This document shows, piece after piece, positions 49,830 through 59,773 of a DNA stretch of 59,773 nucleotides (the first letter of the stretch is position 1; the number at the start of each line of letters is the position of its first letter). The DNA is taken from the NCBI GenBank assembly GCA_905178155.1, contig CAJINV010000014.1:1382574-1442346 (forward strand), in the 5' to 3' direction. Below the pieces are notes generated by a model. It searched no databases. It was given only the letters and a program-made list of their open reading frames with translations, and was not told where the DNA came from. The DNA is from Amoebophrya sp. A120 (taxonomy: Eukaryota; Protista; Dinoflagellata). The translations under genes and the position numbers were made by a program.

Positions 49830-52800
49830 ATGCCGCACCTTTATTCCCTGACCCTGCAGCGGTCGACGGCTATTACCAATGCGATCTACGGGAATTTTTC
49901 TGCCGCAAAGTCGCAGGAGGTGGTGGTTTCCAGGGGAAAGATCCTGGAACTGCTCCGACCGGACGACCAGGGGAAAATCCAGTCGATTTACGCCACGGAA
50001 ATCTTCGGTATCATCCGAACGCTGGCACCCTTCCGCCTCACGGGGGCAAATCGGGATTACATCTTGGTGGGATCCGACAGCGGGAGGATAGTCATCCTGG
50101 AATTTGACACCGCGAAAAACGTCTTCAACAAAGTCCACCAGGAAACCTATGGAAAAAGCGGCTGCCGAAGGGTAATTCCGGGCCAATATCTCGCAGTGGA
50201 TCCCAAAGGAAGGGCGTGCATGATAGGTATCTATTTCTAGTAGCGCCCCTGGCGGCGCGGGTGCGGCAACTTCTACACGCGAACATTTATCTGCGTCACA
50301 GCTTGTTGAAATGATATTTTTCACTTGTAAAAAGAAGAAGAAGAGCAGAAGATTTTCGTCCTCCTGTCGTCAGAATCAGAAATATTAATTTATGCACTTT
50401 GTTCAAAATGAAAATTATCTTCTACAGGCGCCCTGGAGCGGCAAAAGTTCGCGTACATTCTGAACCGGGACTCCTCAAACAAACTGACGATCTCTTCCCC
50501 CCTGGAGGCGCATAAGGACAACGCGATCTGTATGGAAGCGTCAGGATCGAAATTGACAAAATCGAAAAATTTGTGATGCAGAAAATCGATGTCAGTCAGT
50601 GAGTTGGAGCGTCAATTTCCAAGTGGCGCATGACAAATTTTGGGAGCGCCCAAATCCAGTCTGTCATGCTGTTTGGGCAAAGAAGGCTGCTCCTGTCGTG
50701 CTAATCTGGCAGCACATTGCATACCCCTAAACAGACTTACAATTGGCCTCATTTGCCTGCTCCCCAATGCAGGCCTTCAGTGCCCTACATTTTATGCATC
50801 ACAAGTTTTTCGATCTTGTCGATTTCGATCCTGACACACCCATAATCTGTTTCCACCAAGTCGGGTTGGATGTCGGGTTCGAGAACCCCGTCTTTGCTTA
50901 CGAGAGTGCACAACTCCCCCTCCACCCCATTTGTCATGCAAAATACCTAATTTGCGCCTTACCCCTTGGCATTGTTTGCATGATAAGTTCTGGCAGCCCA
51001 AATAGCACTACACTTCTGTCCAAATTTGTCATGCGAAACCTGTATCCTTGCTGACGCTCGTATTGCTGTTCATGCAATACAAATGAGGGAGAGGGGGAAT
51101 TGTGCACTGTCATAGTCCCTGTTTGGAAGTCTCCACGGAGAAAATCGATGAGGATCCAGAAGCGGAGATGCCAAAGAAGCAGCTCACGTTTTACGAATTG
51201 GATCTGGGGTTGAATCACGTGATCAGAAAGTACACAGACACGGTAGAAGACTCCGCGCACTTGTTGATCCCGGTACCGGGGGGCTTGAGCGAGGGGCCGG
51301 GGGGCGTTTTGGTGTGCTGCGAAAACCACCTCTGCTACAAAAAGCAGGGACACCCAGACGTCATGTGCGCAATACCCAGAAGGTTGGAGATGGCACAGGA
51401 TAAAGGTACTATACTAGTAGATAACTCTAACTGCCCGCTTCATCTACTACACTGCTATGACAACTATCATGTTGACATAACATTGTGGTGCGATGACTGA
51501 AGTAGAACTCGCAATAGCTATGAAGCCATGTACTACTGGTTGACAAATTTCTTGAAGTAAGTAGACCCGTTGTCGTTCCCGCCCACGCTCATGCAAGAAA
51601 AGTCCTAAATTATCTTTCAAAAATTCAAAATCTATGCAGGTCTCATGATCGTGAGTTGTGCGATGCACAAGCTCCGGGAGTTTTTCTTCTTCCTGATCCA
51701 GTCCGAATACGGGGACCTGTACAAGGTGACACTCACTTCCGAGGAAGAGATCGTGAACGAAATTCAAATCAAGTACTTCGACACCATCCCAGTAACAACC
51801 TCTATTTGCGTGCTCAAGACCGGGTTTCTGTTCGCGGCCTCGGAGTTTGGCAACCACGCCCTGTACCAGTTCCAGGGCATTGGGGTGGATGACGAGGACC
51901 CGATCTGCACGAGTTCGCATCCGCACAAGGCACAAGCTCTGGTCGCGTTCAAGCCGAGAGGGCTCAAAAATTTGCTGATGTTCGACGATTTGTTTTCTCT
52001 CTCACCGATCTGCGACATGAAAATTTTGGACGCGGCAAACGAAGGGCAAACGCAGATATACACGCTGTGTGGCCGAGGTAGTGAAGAAATTTTTTTTATC
52101 GACGCACGCTTGATGGAGCTGTTGCTGTGCTATGTGGTCTTCTTTTTTCGAGGACGAGGTGCTGGTCATGCGTAACTACAAACAAGCTTGAAGATGATCT
52201 GATCCAATGCAGTGATGTGTTTGTCGTGAAGATCAAGATACCAATCGCAATTAGCCAACATCATATAGCAACAAACAAGCATCAGCCAACATTTAATATT
52301 CTCCAGGTCCCCGCTCCACCATGCGGGTGCTGCGGCACGGTTTGGGCGTGGTAGAAATGGCGGTCTCCGAGCTTCCCGGTCGACCTTATGCGGTCTGGTC
52401 CGTGAAGAAGTTGAACGAGGCGAAGTACCACCAGTACATCGTTGTCAGTTTCATCGACGTGACGCTAGTATTGTCCATCGGTGACACGGTGGAGGAAGTA
52501 TTAGACTCCGGCTTCCTCGCAACCGCGCCCTCGTTGCTGATCGCTCTCATGGCGGATGACTCCCATGTGCAAGTCCACCCGACCGGGATTCGACACTTAC
52601 TCCCGAGAAGGACGAACGAGTGGAAGGTGCCGGGCGGGAAGAGAATTCAAGCAGCAGCGGCAAACGATAGACAGGTATACTATAAAGTCATTCTCGAAGA
52701 AGTTTGTTCTGCTTTATTTTCGATACGTTTTGATAGGTCTACGTATTGCACTACAGTATATATAATAATGTTGTCTCAAGATGTTGATATCTTTCTTGAT

Positions 52801-55800
52801 GTGAAGATGCTCCTTGTCAAGGCAAAAAAATCAACATTTACAAGGTCGTGATCGCGCTTGCCGGTGGTGAGATTCTGTATTTCGAGATCGACGAGAACCA
52901 CGCACTGAACGAGGTCGCAAAAAGGGAAATGAACTACGAAATCGTCTCGTTGTCCGTCCAGCCAATACCAAAGAACCGGGCCCGCGCAAATTTCATCGCC
53001 GTAGGAGGAGTGGACAACTCAGTGAGGATACTTTCCTTGGACAAGGAAAGACCACTGAAGCAGCTGTCGGCGCAGGTACAAATTTAGAGAGACCGGAACC
53101 TGTATAGCGCAAGAAGAAGGACAAGTAGAGCATGACCATGTGTGTAAGCTGTAGCTGTGACTGTCTAGCCTTAGTTGTACTACATGGGACAACGAGCTGC
53201 AGTATGTACTACCTGCTACTTGAAGAATCTTCTCTGACTCTGTCGCTACAAAATCTGCGAAATTTTTACACTAACTCACTTTATCCCAGGCCCTGTCCCA
53301 CCAACCCGAATCCGTCTGCCTGATTGAAATGAAATCCGCCACAGACCGGGAAGCGCAGGGCCAGAGCTCCGTCGCCAACGACGGGGGTTTCACGAATCTC
53401 TACCTGAACATCGGGCTCTCTGCCGGGATCATGATTCGGTGCGTCGTGGATTCCATAACCGGAACGTTATCCGACCAACGGTCAAGATTCCTCGGGCACA
53501 AGAAGGTCAAACTCCACAAAGTCCTATGCATTGCAAAAGTATCGTACTAGTATGAATTGCATTACAAATCGACTTAGCATTACAAATTGAATTTGTAATG
53601 CTGATTTACCTTGAAAAAGAAACTTGTAATGCATAAATGCAATTGCTACGAGTACGATACTTTTGCACATGATAAGTCCAGGTGAATAACAACGAGCCGG
53701 CGTTGCTCGCCCTCTCCCAGCGGCCGTTATCAAATGTAAAAATGTCTGGGTCTGGAAAAGTGTAGACTTGTCATGCAGATTTTCCATGACCACCCATGAG
53801 GTCTGGAATGCGGGACTTAGCATGACAGACTCTGCGAGGTCTCTGCCATGCCTATCCTGCATGAGAAACTCCCCTCCAAGTTGGTCAAAAGTGCGCAGCT
53901 TTTGGCACTCATGCAACACAGATTTTCGCATGCTTCAGATTTACCATGACAAGTTGGAATCTTCCAGACCCAGACATTTTTGCAATTCATAGGCGTGGCT
54001 CAGCTACAACTTTCAAGGGCGATATCACTGCACCCCCATGTGCTACGACTCTCTCGAGTACGCCTGCAGCCTGACCTCCGAGCAGTGCCCAGAGGGGTTT
54101 GTCGCGATTTCGGGCAACACTCTGCGGATTTTGTCGATCGAGCGGTTGGGCGAGATCTTCCACCAACAGGTGATGCCGTTGTCCTACACACCAAGACGAA
54201 TGGCGCCCCTACCCCCACCCTCCATCGCGCCGGACCAGTTGCTGGAAGCACACAACCAGAAGATTCACCTAGCGGTCCTAGAGGCAGACCACAATGCTTA
54301 CAACGAGGAGACCAGACAAGAAATCAGGGCAGCGCTGAAGAAAATTCAGGTAAAAAAAAGTAAATTTTTTGGGGGAACATGTTTAGCTTAGTGCACTAAT
54401 TTTTGCCAACATGAAGATCACAATTTCTATCACAAGAACTTGAGAAGTGTCGTGTGGCAACCTTTCAAATTATACTTGTTTTTTGCAGCACCTTCCTTTG
54501 ATGATCATGCACATGCGCGATACAGAACCACCCATACAACTTCTCCGTCACAATAAACATCACAGGTTAACAACAACGAGGAGGAAGACCTCCCAGAAGA
54601 GCAGATAGGAACCTTTAAAGCCGGCGAGGGAAAGTGGGGTAGCTGTATCCGCATCGTGGACCCAACCCAGCTTGCGACCGTGTGCAAACTCAATTTAGAC
54701 ATTATCAAAAGGAAAAATCCCCCCTCCCCATATCAAAACGAAGTTTCTGATGCCGGATTTGCGTACACAAATCTGATTTGTCTTGCAGTAAGGCAGCGCA
54801 GCCAGATCCTCGGCCTAGGTAGGGGCGTTTGGGTCTAGTTGCTTAGCATTACAAACGGCTGCCCCCTAGGCGAAACAGCATGCAGCCAAATCGCTTCCAT
54901 AATGGAGCGGAAGCTTCTGCGCTTGTCTTCTTGCAAGACAGACGTGATTTGTGGTCTCAAATCAGCAACACAAATTTGCGGAGTCATACTTTTTCGATAT
55001 GGGGAGGGGGGATTTTTCCTTACAATAGACATCGACGAGTGCGCGGTTTGTGCGACAGTGTGCTACTTTACGCAGCTGCCAAAGCAGCCCTGTCTAGTGG
55101 TAGGAACCGCACACAACATGACCCTGAAGCCAAGGAAGGCTCCAAGGTAGAAAAAAAAAGCTCTCGATGCAAGTTCTTAGTCCTTGTTAGCCTTGTGATG
55201 CGCTTTGAAATTGTGCGAGTGCGGTGTGTCTTGGGTGAGCGCTAGTACCGCTACGTGAAATTTGTGTTGCGTGCTTTTCTACTAGGAACGGGGTCACAAA
55301 ATGTCCGACTAAGTCCTCGGGGGACCTGCGACCCACCCAGCCGGGTGGGCCTTAGGTCCCCTGTCCCAATATAGAATTGAGTTGCGAATCCGCCACAGCT
55401 CGCGTCCGCCCGTTCCAGTTTTCTCGCCGTTCTTTTTTGTGGGTGTCAATCTGTGACGCAGTAGCTTATGTATTATTGTATTTGTGCATTGCACTTATCC
55501 AAGAAAAAAGATTTGTGCACTGCATTTATCCAAGAAAAAAGCTTTGTTGTGGGTTAAGTCTATAATGCAGAAAATGCAAAGCTGTTTTTACGCAAAAGGG
55601 ACCTGTGATGCGGAAAATGCAAAAGTGTTTCTGCAGTTTCCTGTGAAACAGTTTTGCATTTTCTGCATCACAGATTTACACCCACCAAATAAGCTCTTTT
55701 CTGGGATAAATAGCGACAAACGGAGGCACAAGTACAATAGTGCAAGACTCTAATACAGATTTACACCCACTACAAACGGCGAGAAAACAATATGGGCGGA

Positions 55801-57094
55801 CGCGAGCTGTGGCGGAGTCATAGATAACTTAATTATTGGGACAGGGGACCTAAGGCCCACCCGGCTGGGTGGGTCGCAGGTCCCCCGAGGACTTAATCGG
55901 ACATTTTGTGACCCCGTTCGTACAGCTACTTGATCGTGATTCAAAAATCTACAGATGCGCCATCAAGACGTACATTTACGACGAGAACTACCAGCTCCAG
56001 CTGATCCACAGCACCCCAACGCAGGACGTTTGCCAGTGCCTCTTCCCGTTTGAGGGGCGGCTCCTCGCGGGGGTCGGGAAGTCCATGACGATTTTTGAAC
56101 TCGGGAAGAAGAAGCTGCTGAAAAAGTGCGAGTACAAGAACATTCCGGAGGCGATTTCCTGGATTCACGTAAAGAACGACCGGATTTACTGCACGGACGT
56201 CCGGGAATCCTTCCACGTGTTGAAGTACAACCGGGAAGAAAACATGTTGTTCGTCGTCTGCGACGACGTCGCGCCGCGCTGGATGATGGCGGCTTCCGTC
56301 ATCGACTACAGAACGATGTTCGGCAGCGACAAATTCGACAACATTTTCATGGCCCGGGTGCCGGAGCACTGCGCAAACGATGAGCAAGTGGACACCACCG
56401 GGATGCGACTGAAGGCGGATACTGCGTATAATATTTTGATGATTCTGTTCGTTTTCTATTTTTAGTTTCAACGTACCGGAATACGTTCTGTGTCATCTTT
56501 TCATCTAAATACTTTACGCCTAAGGGCTCAACAGGCTTTTTTTCTCGCTTTGCTCGAGATCTTTGTTGCGGGGTAGCAGTGTCAATAAGTAGCAATCGGA
56601 TCGACAACATCGGGGATATTATCGTGTTTCATCAATGCACTTTTTCAAATCTACTTCCGACAATTATAAATCAAAAAACTAGCTACCTCACGGGGCAGAC
56701 CGCCAAACTGGAGCACATTATGCAGTTCCATGTCGGTGAAATGGTAACCGCGGTCGAAAAAACGCCCATCGCCCTCGGCGGTGCGGATTGTATCATTTAC
56801 AGCACCTTGATGGGGTCGATCGGTGCGCTCTACCCCATCCAGACAACCGACGAAATCGACTTTTTGCAGCACCTGGAGATGGCCATGCGAACGGAGCGGG
56901 CCCCTCTTTGCGGGAGGGATCACATGGGGTTCCGGTCCGCGTTTTTCCCGGTGCAGAACTGCATCGACGGCGACCTGTGCGAGCACTACAGCTTGCTCTC
57001 GCAGAAGGAGCAGGTGTCTGTCGCGAGCAGTTTGGACAAAACGCCGGCGGAAATCTTGAAGAAACTCGAGGACATACGGAATAAGATTCTGTAA
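49830..57094 (+). CDS. SF3B3: Splicing factor 3B subunit 3 (SAP130/Rse1), 14 exons, 1213 aa
   Basis: Exons 49830-50226, 50428-50530, 50850-50898, 51120-51405, 51640-52077, 52307-52674, 52845-53075, 53290-53524, 53680-53727, 53997-54349, 54566-54702, 55033-55146, 55955-56425 and 56683-57094 (3642 nt). Hallmark peptides: [73 protein letters not shown]. Confidence 0.97.
50531..50844. mobile_element. Introner (family A), SF3B3 intron 2
   Basis: ~50-bp imperfect inverted repeat TATGG..GTCAGGATCGAAAT.GACAA.ATCGAAAAA.TTGTGATGCA with perfect ATCTG flanks. Removal gives NAIC|[13 protein letters not shown]. Confidence 0.92.
50899..51114. mobile_element. Introner, SF3B3 intron 3
   Basis: TA(C/T)GA(G/C)AGTGCACAA(C/T)TCCCCCT inverted ends with decayed flanks (TTGCT/GTCCC). 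Removing 221 nt gives PVFA|CLE. Confidence 0.88.
53525..53674. mobile_element. Introner, SF3B3 intron 8
   Basis: TGCAAAAGTATCGTACT inverted core, TAT..ATA ends and perfect AGTCC flanks. Removal gives HKV|QVNNNEPA. Confidence 0.92.
53728..53991. mobile_element. Introner (family B), SF3B3 intron 9
   Basis: AAAAATGTCTGGGTCTGGAA inverted core with flanks GCCGT/GGCGT. Removal gives SQRP|WLSY. Confidence 0.92.
54703..55027. mobile_element. Introner (family C), SF3B3 intron 11
   Basis: AAGGAAAAATCCCCCTCCCCATATC inverted core with perfect GACAT flanks. Removal gives LNLDI|DECAV. Confidence 0.92.
55283..55922. mobile_element. ~640-bp fold-back element inside canonical intron 55147-55954
   Basis: Outer ~85-bp arms are nearly perfect (GAACGGGGTCACAAAATGTCCGA.TAAGTCCTCGGGGGACC...GTCCCAATA). 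Progressively more degenerate arms lie further inward. Confidence 0.85.
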
Positions 57095-57845
57095 GGCAGT
57101 CTACTTCTCCGATGGTCATCGTGACGCCTGATGTAGTACTTTTTCCTAGCACGTAGTCTTTACGATGAAGTCCTCGTCGGCGTCATGCTCGGATGAAGTC
57201 CAAAAGCGCCTGCTGTTCGTAACCGCAGCTTGGAAATTTCAATCTTAACATCAACCCAGGAGATGATTCCTTCTGAGTCGATTTCACAAAAAATGAATAT
57301 CGACCGGAGGAGGAGGAACAACTTCTAACAGACACAAGATTTATTGGCAACAGATTTCATACAGAACCAGAACTACTACCATCGAGCAAACCAAGTTTGT
57401 TTGGTGGTCGTTTCGCAGCCTTGTTTCACCGAGGCGAAATGAAAAACGCGAATGAAGACCATTTCTAGCTTTCGAAGAAATATTGGTGATGAAAGAAGAG
57501 CTAGAGCTGCAGCTCGGGTTCTTGCGGCTGCGCACTTCTTGAAGGCGACAGCAATTTTGCGGAGGTCCCTTGTGATGTACTTATTGCCCGCTCGTCTGTG
57601 TGTTCGACGAAAGTGATCTTTCGTGAAAAAATGGCTAGAAATGAAGATAGCAGAAGAAGAATATCGGTACAATCATGATGCGATCGGTGGAACACGAAAG
57701 TATTGTTTGAGTCGCAGCCACGGCAGATTATAAATGAGGTGAAAGGAGGAGGATGCACTCCACCGTTTCGTGCTGCATTTGCTTCGTTCAGAAATCAAAT
57801 TTTCGTTGTCGTCCTAATTTGACTATCGTCCCCCCGTCATCTCAA

Positions 57846-57913
57846 CCTCGACGACGCGGTGGGGGACTGCTCCCACCGCTCGGTGGGAGCAGTCCCCCAC
57901 CGCGTCGTCGAGG
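57846..57913. repeat. Perfect hairpin, 33-bp arms, 2-nt loop
   Basis: CCTCGACGACGCGGTGGGGGACTGCTCCCACCG-CT-reverse complement. Shares sequence with the 58219 palindrome. Confidence 0.9.
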
Positions 57914-58218
57914 CGCCTAGGGAGATGGAGCACCTGACCCGCGATGGAAGACATGGACCTCTGTTACACCCCGTAAGAAAAGGGCGGCGCGAGGTCTTAG
58001 CGGCCCATCCGTAGTAACGTAACCACCTTGAAACAACTGGGAGGGAGGGCGGGCGAAACAAATACCACCCCGAAATTCGGTGGGTTGTCCTGACTGATCT
58101 TCTCAAGTCCTGGCTACCGTACACTAAAGGGCTGAGGGCGGACACGGGCATAAAATACCGCCCGACCATCCTCAGCCTAGACTCACAGGCTCGCTAGCCT
58201 GCTGCTGCCCGGGCATTC

Positions 58219-58419
58219 ATTTTATGCAGTTACCGCAGACGGGCCACCCAATGGATGGCCGCTCGGTGGGAGCAGTCCCCCACCGCGTCGTCGAGGCGCC
58301 TAGGGAGATGGAGCATTTTATTTGCTCCATCTCCCTAGGCGCCTCGACGACGCGGTGGGGGACTGCTCCCACCGAGCGGCCATCCATTGGGTGGCCCGTC
58401 TGCGGTAACTGCATAAAAT
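58219..58419. repeat. Perfect palindrome, 97-bp arms, 7-nt loop
   Basis: 58219-58315 is the exact reverse complement of 58323-58419; the loop is TTTTATT. Confidence 0.95.
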
Positions 58420-58562
58420 ACTGCTTTTTTACTTTATTTTTCTTTTTCATGATGATAATAAATTCGTGGGAAATAATGAAGGTTTACTTGGAAGCTGCAC
58501 TTCCCTTCACATGTATGACAGAGCATGACGCCGATCTTGATATAGTGCTTACTATCACACAG

Positions 58563-58901
58563 AAGAGGTCGCACGACTACTATCTCAAAACTTCGAAACA
58601 GCCAACCAAGGCTGCCATCGACAACGAGGGGCCGTGGCCGATCATCAAGGCCGTCTTCGGTGTTTTGAACGCGATCGTGGGCATTATCAAGGTGATGCTG
58701 ATGGTCAAGTGGAAGGCCGCCACGGGCCGCCACATCGGAATCATGAAGGAAGGCGACTGCGGCAACGAATTCGTCTGCTTCTGCTGCTGTGCCTGCTACC
58801 ACATTCCGGCGGTTCAGCGCACCGTGCGGGACTGGGTCCGCATGGGCGGCTTGAACACACTCGGCGCGCCGGGCGGAGGAAATTTGTCGGCGATGAAGTA
58901 A
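58563..58901 (+). CDS. Terminal exon of a PLAC8-like cysteine-rich membrane protein
   Basis: GC3-rich coding texture after CACAG, a hydrophobic helix, then GDCGNEFVCFCCCACYHIPAVQR. Upstream exons not found. Confidence 0.5.
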   Translation, partial: KRSHDYYLKTSKQPTKAAIDNEGPWPIIKAVFGVLNAIVGIIKVMLMVKWKAATGRHIGIMKEGDCGNEFVCFCCCACYHIPAVQRTVRDWVRMGGLNTLGAPGGGNLSAMK

Positions 58902-59027
58902 GATTTGGAGGATTTTAGTTCCTGCTGTGCGCGCGCACTCGATAATCTGGAACGCTGCTAGTAGTCACAATCATCATCATGATGTCATGACTTGCAACCT
59001 CTAAAACAAAACGACATCGGAAACTAT

Positions 59028-59476
59028 CCTCGTTCGGGAACGAGGCGCGCAGACCCCGGCTTTTTTCAAAATGTGAGAACGCAGCGAGTTTTCGTGTGGG
59101 CTCTCGTTCCGCAACGAGAAACGCTGTGAGAATTCATCACTGAATTGCCACTCCAAGACTTTTCAAAAAGTGAGAACGCATTGATAGTGAATTCTTACTC
59201 GGCTTCTCGTTCCGGAACGAGAAATGGAGTGAGAATTTACTGAATTCTCACTCCAGGATTTTTCAAAAAGTGAGAACTCAATGAGTTCTCACTTGGTTTT
59301 CGTTTCGGAACGAGAAATGGAGTGAGTAGAATTCACTGAATTCTCAATCCCGGAAAATTCGTGATCCCAAAGTGGGATTTTTCAAAAAGTGAATACTCAC
59401 TGAATTTTCACTCGATTTCTCGTTCTGGAACGAGAAGCCGAGTGAAAATTCAGTGAGTATTCACTTTTTGAAAAAA
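59028..59476. repeat. Array of palindromic-motif repeats
   Basis: CTCGTT(C/T)(C)GGAACGAG, GAATTC and TTTTCAAAAAGTGA recur about five times. The last unit forms a ~90-bp imperfect palindrome (~59388-59475). Confidence 0.8.
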
Positions 59477-59627
59477 ATCACTTTTGGAGCATGCGTGTTT
59501 CTGGAGGAGACCCTGACGCTCTGAGACCTAAGCCAACGAATCACGACGGCAGCGCGGTTTCCTTGTGTTTAGAATGAGGGGAAAAAAATACGCATAGCGT
59601 CGTGATTTCGCTTTGTGGATTTTTTTG

Positions 59628-59773
59628 GGGGATCCGCCCGCTCCCCGGGGATCCGCCTTCGCCCAGGGGATCCGCCCGTTGCCCGGGGATCCGCCCGCTC
59701 CCCGAGGATCCGCCCGCTTCCCGGGGATCCGCCTTCCCGCAGGGGATCCGCCCGCTCCCCGAGGATCCGCCCG
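59628..59773. repeat. GC-rich ~19-20-bp minisatellite running off the window
   Basis: GGATCCGCC(C/T)..CCC.(G)G repeated about eight times. Confidence 0.9.

Noticed and set aside
54701-55030. U12-type AT-AC intron
   Set aside because: AT..AC arises only by sliding within the GACAT repeat. There is no ATATCCTT donor consensus, and sibling introners lack such ends.
49830-57094. SF3B3 as a transposon-disrupted pseudogene
   Set aside because: All 14 exons are stop-free, full length and conserved, and every insertion is removable in frame by one consistent rule.
58224-58560. N-terminal half of the 225-aa ORF as real protein
   Set aside because: It is translation through the perfect palindrome and AT-rich intron-like DNA. 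Only the part from ~58563 looks coding.

Overview
Eukaryotic, intron-rich genomic DNA, most likely from an alveolate. The mix of GT-AG introns and non-canonical introns built as TA-ended inverted-repeat elements flanked by ~5-bp direct repeats resembles the introner elements reported in the syndinian dinoflagellate Amoebophrya; the organism call is an inference. Main contents: (1) a complete 14-exon SF3B3/SAP130 gene (49830-57094, 1213 aa after my splicing) with 8 GT-AG introns and 5 inverted-repeat introner introns. (2) A hidden polyprotein gene of about 2000 aa or more (~6.9-14.96 kb), broken into separate ORFs by the same introners. Once these are removed it reads as OTU-like protease, a degenerate D5-type helicase fragment, a family-A-like TVpol polymerase, then a Zn-ribbon/HTH and an IS1595/Merlin-type DDE transposase. 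This candidate replicative or self-synthesizing Merlin-like element is the most novel item. (3) A Q-rich HAD-family (FDWDDT) gene carrying an identical 6739-bp duplication joined at an N, probably an assembly artefact. (4) An intronless divergent NMD3-like ORF. (5) Several hypothetical genes, an LTR-like direct-repeat pair, tandem repeats and long perfect palindromes. All domain calls come from motif recognition by eye; no database searches were run.
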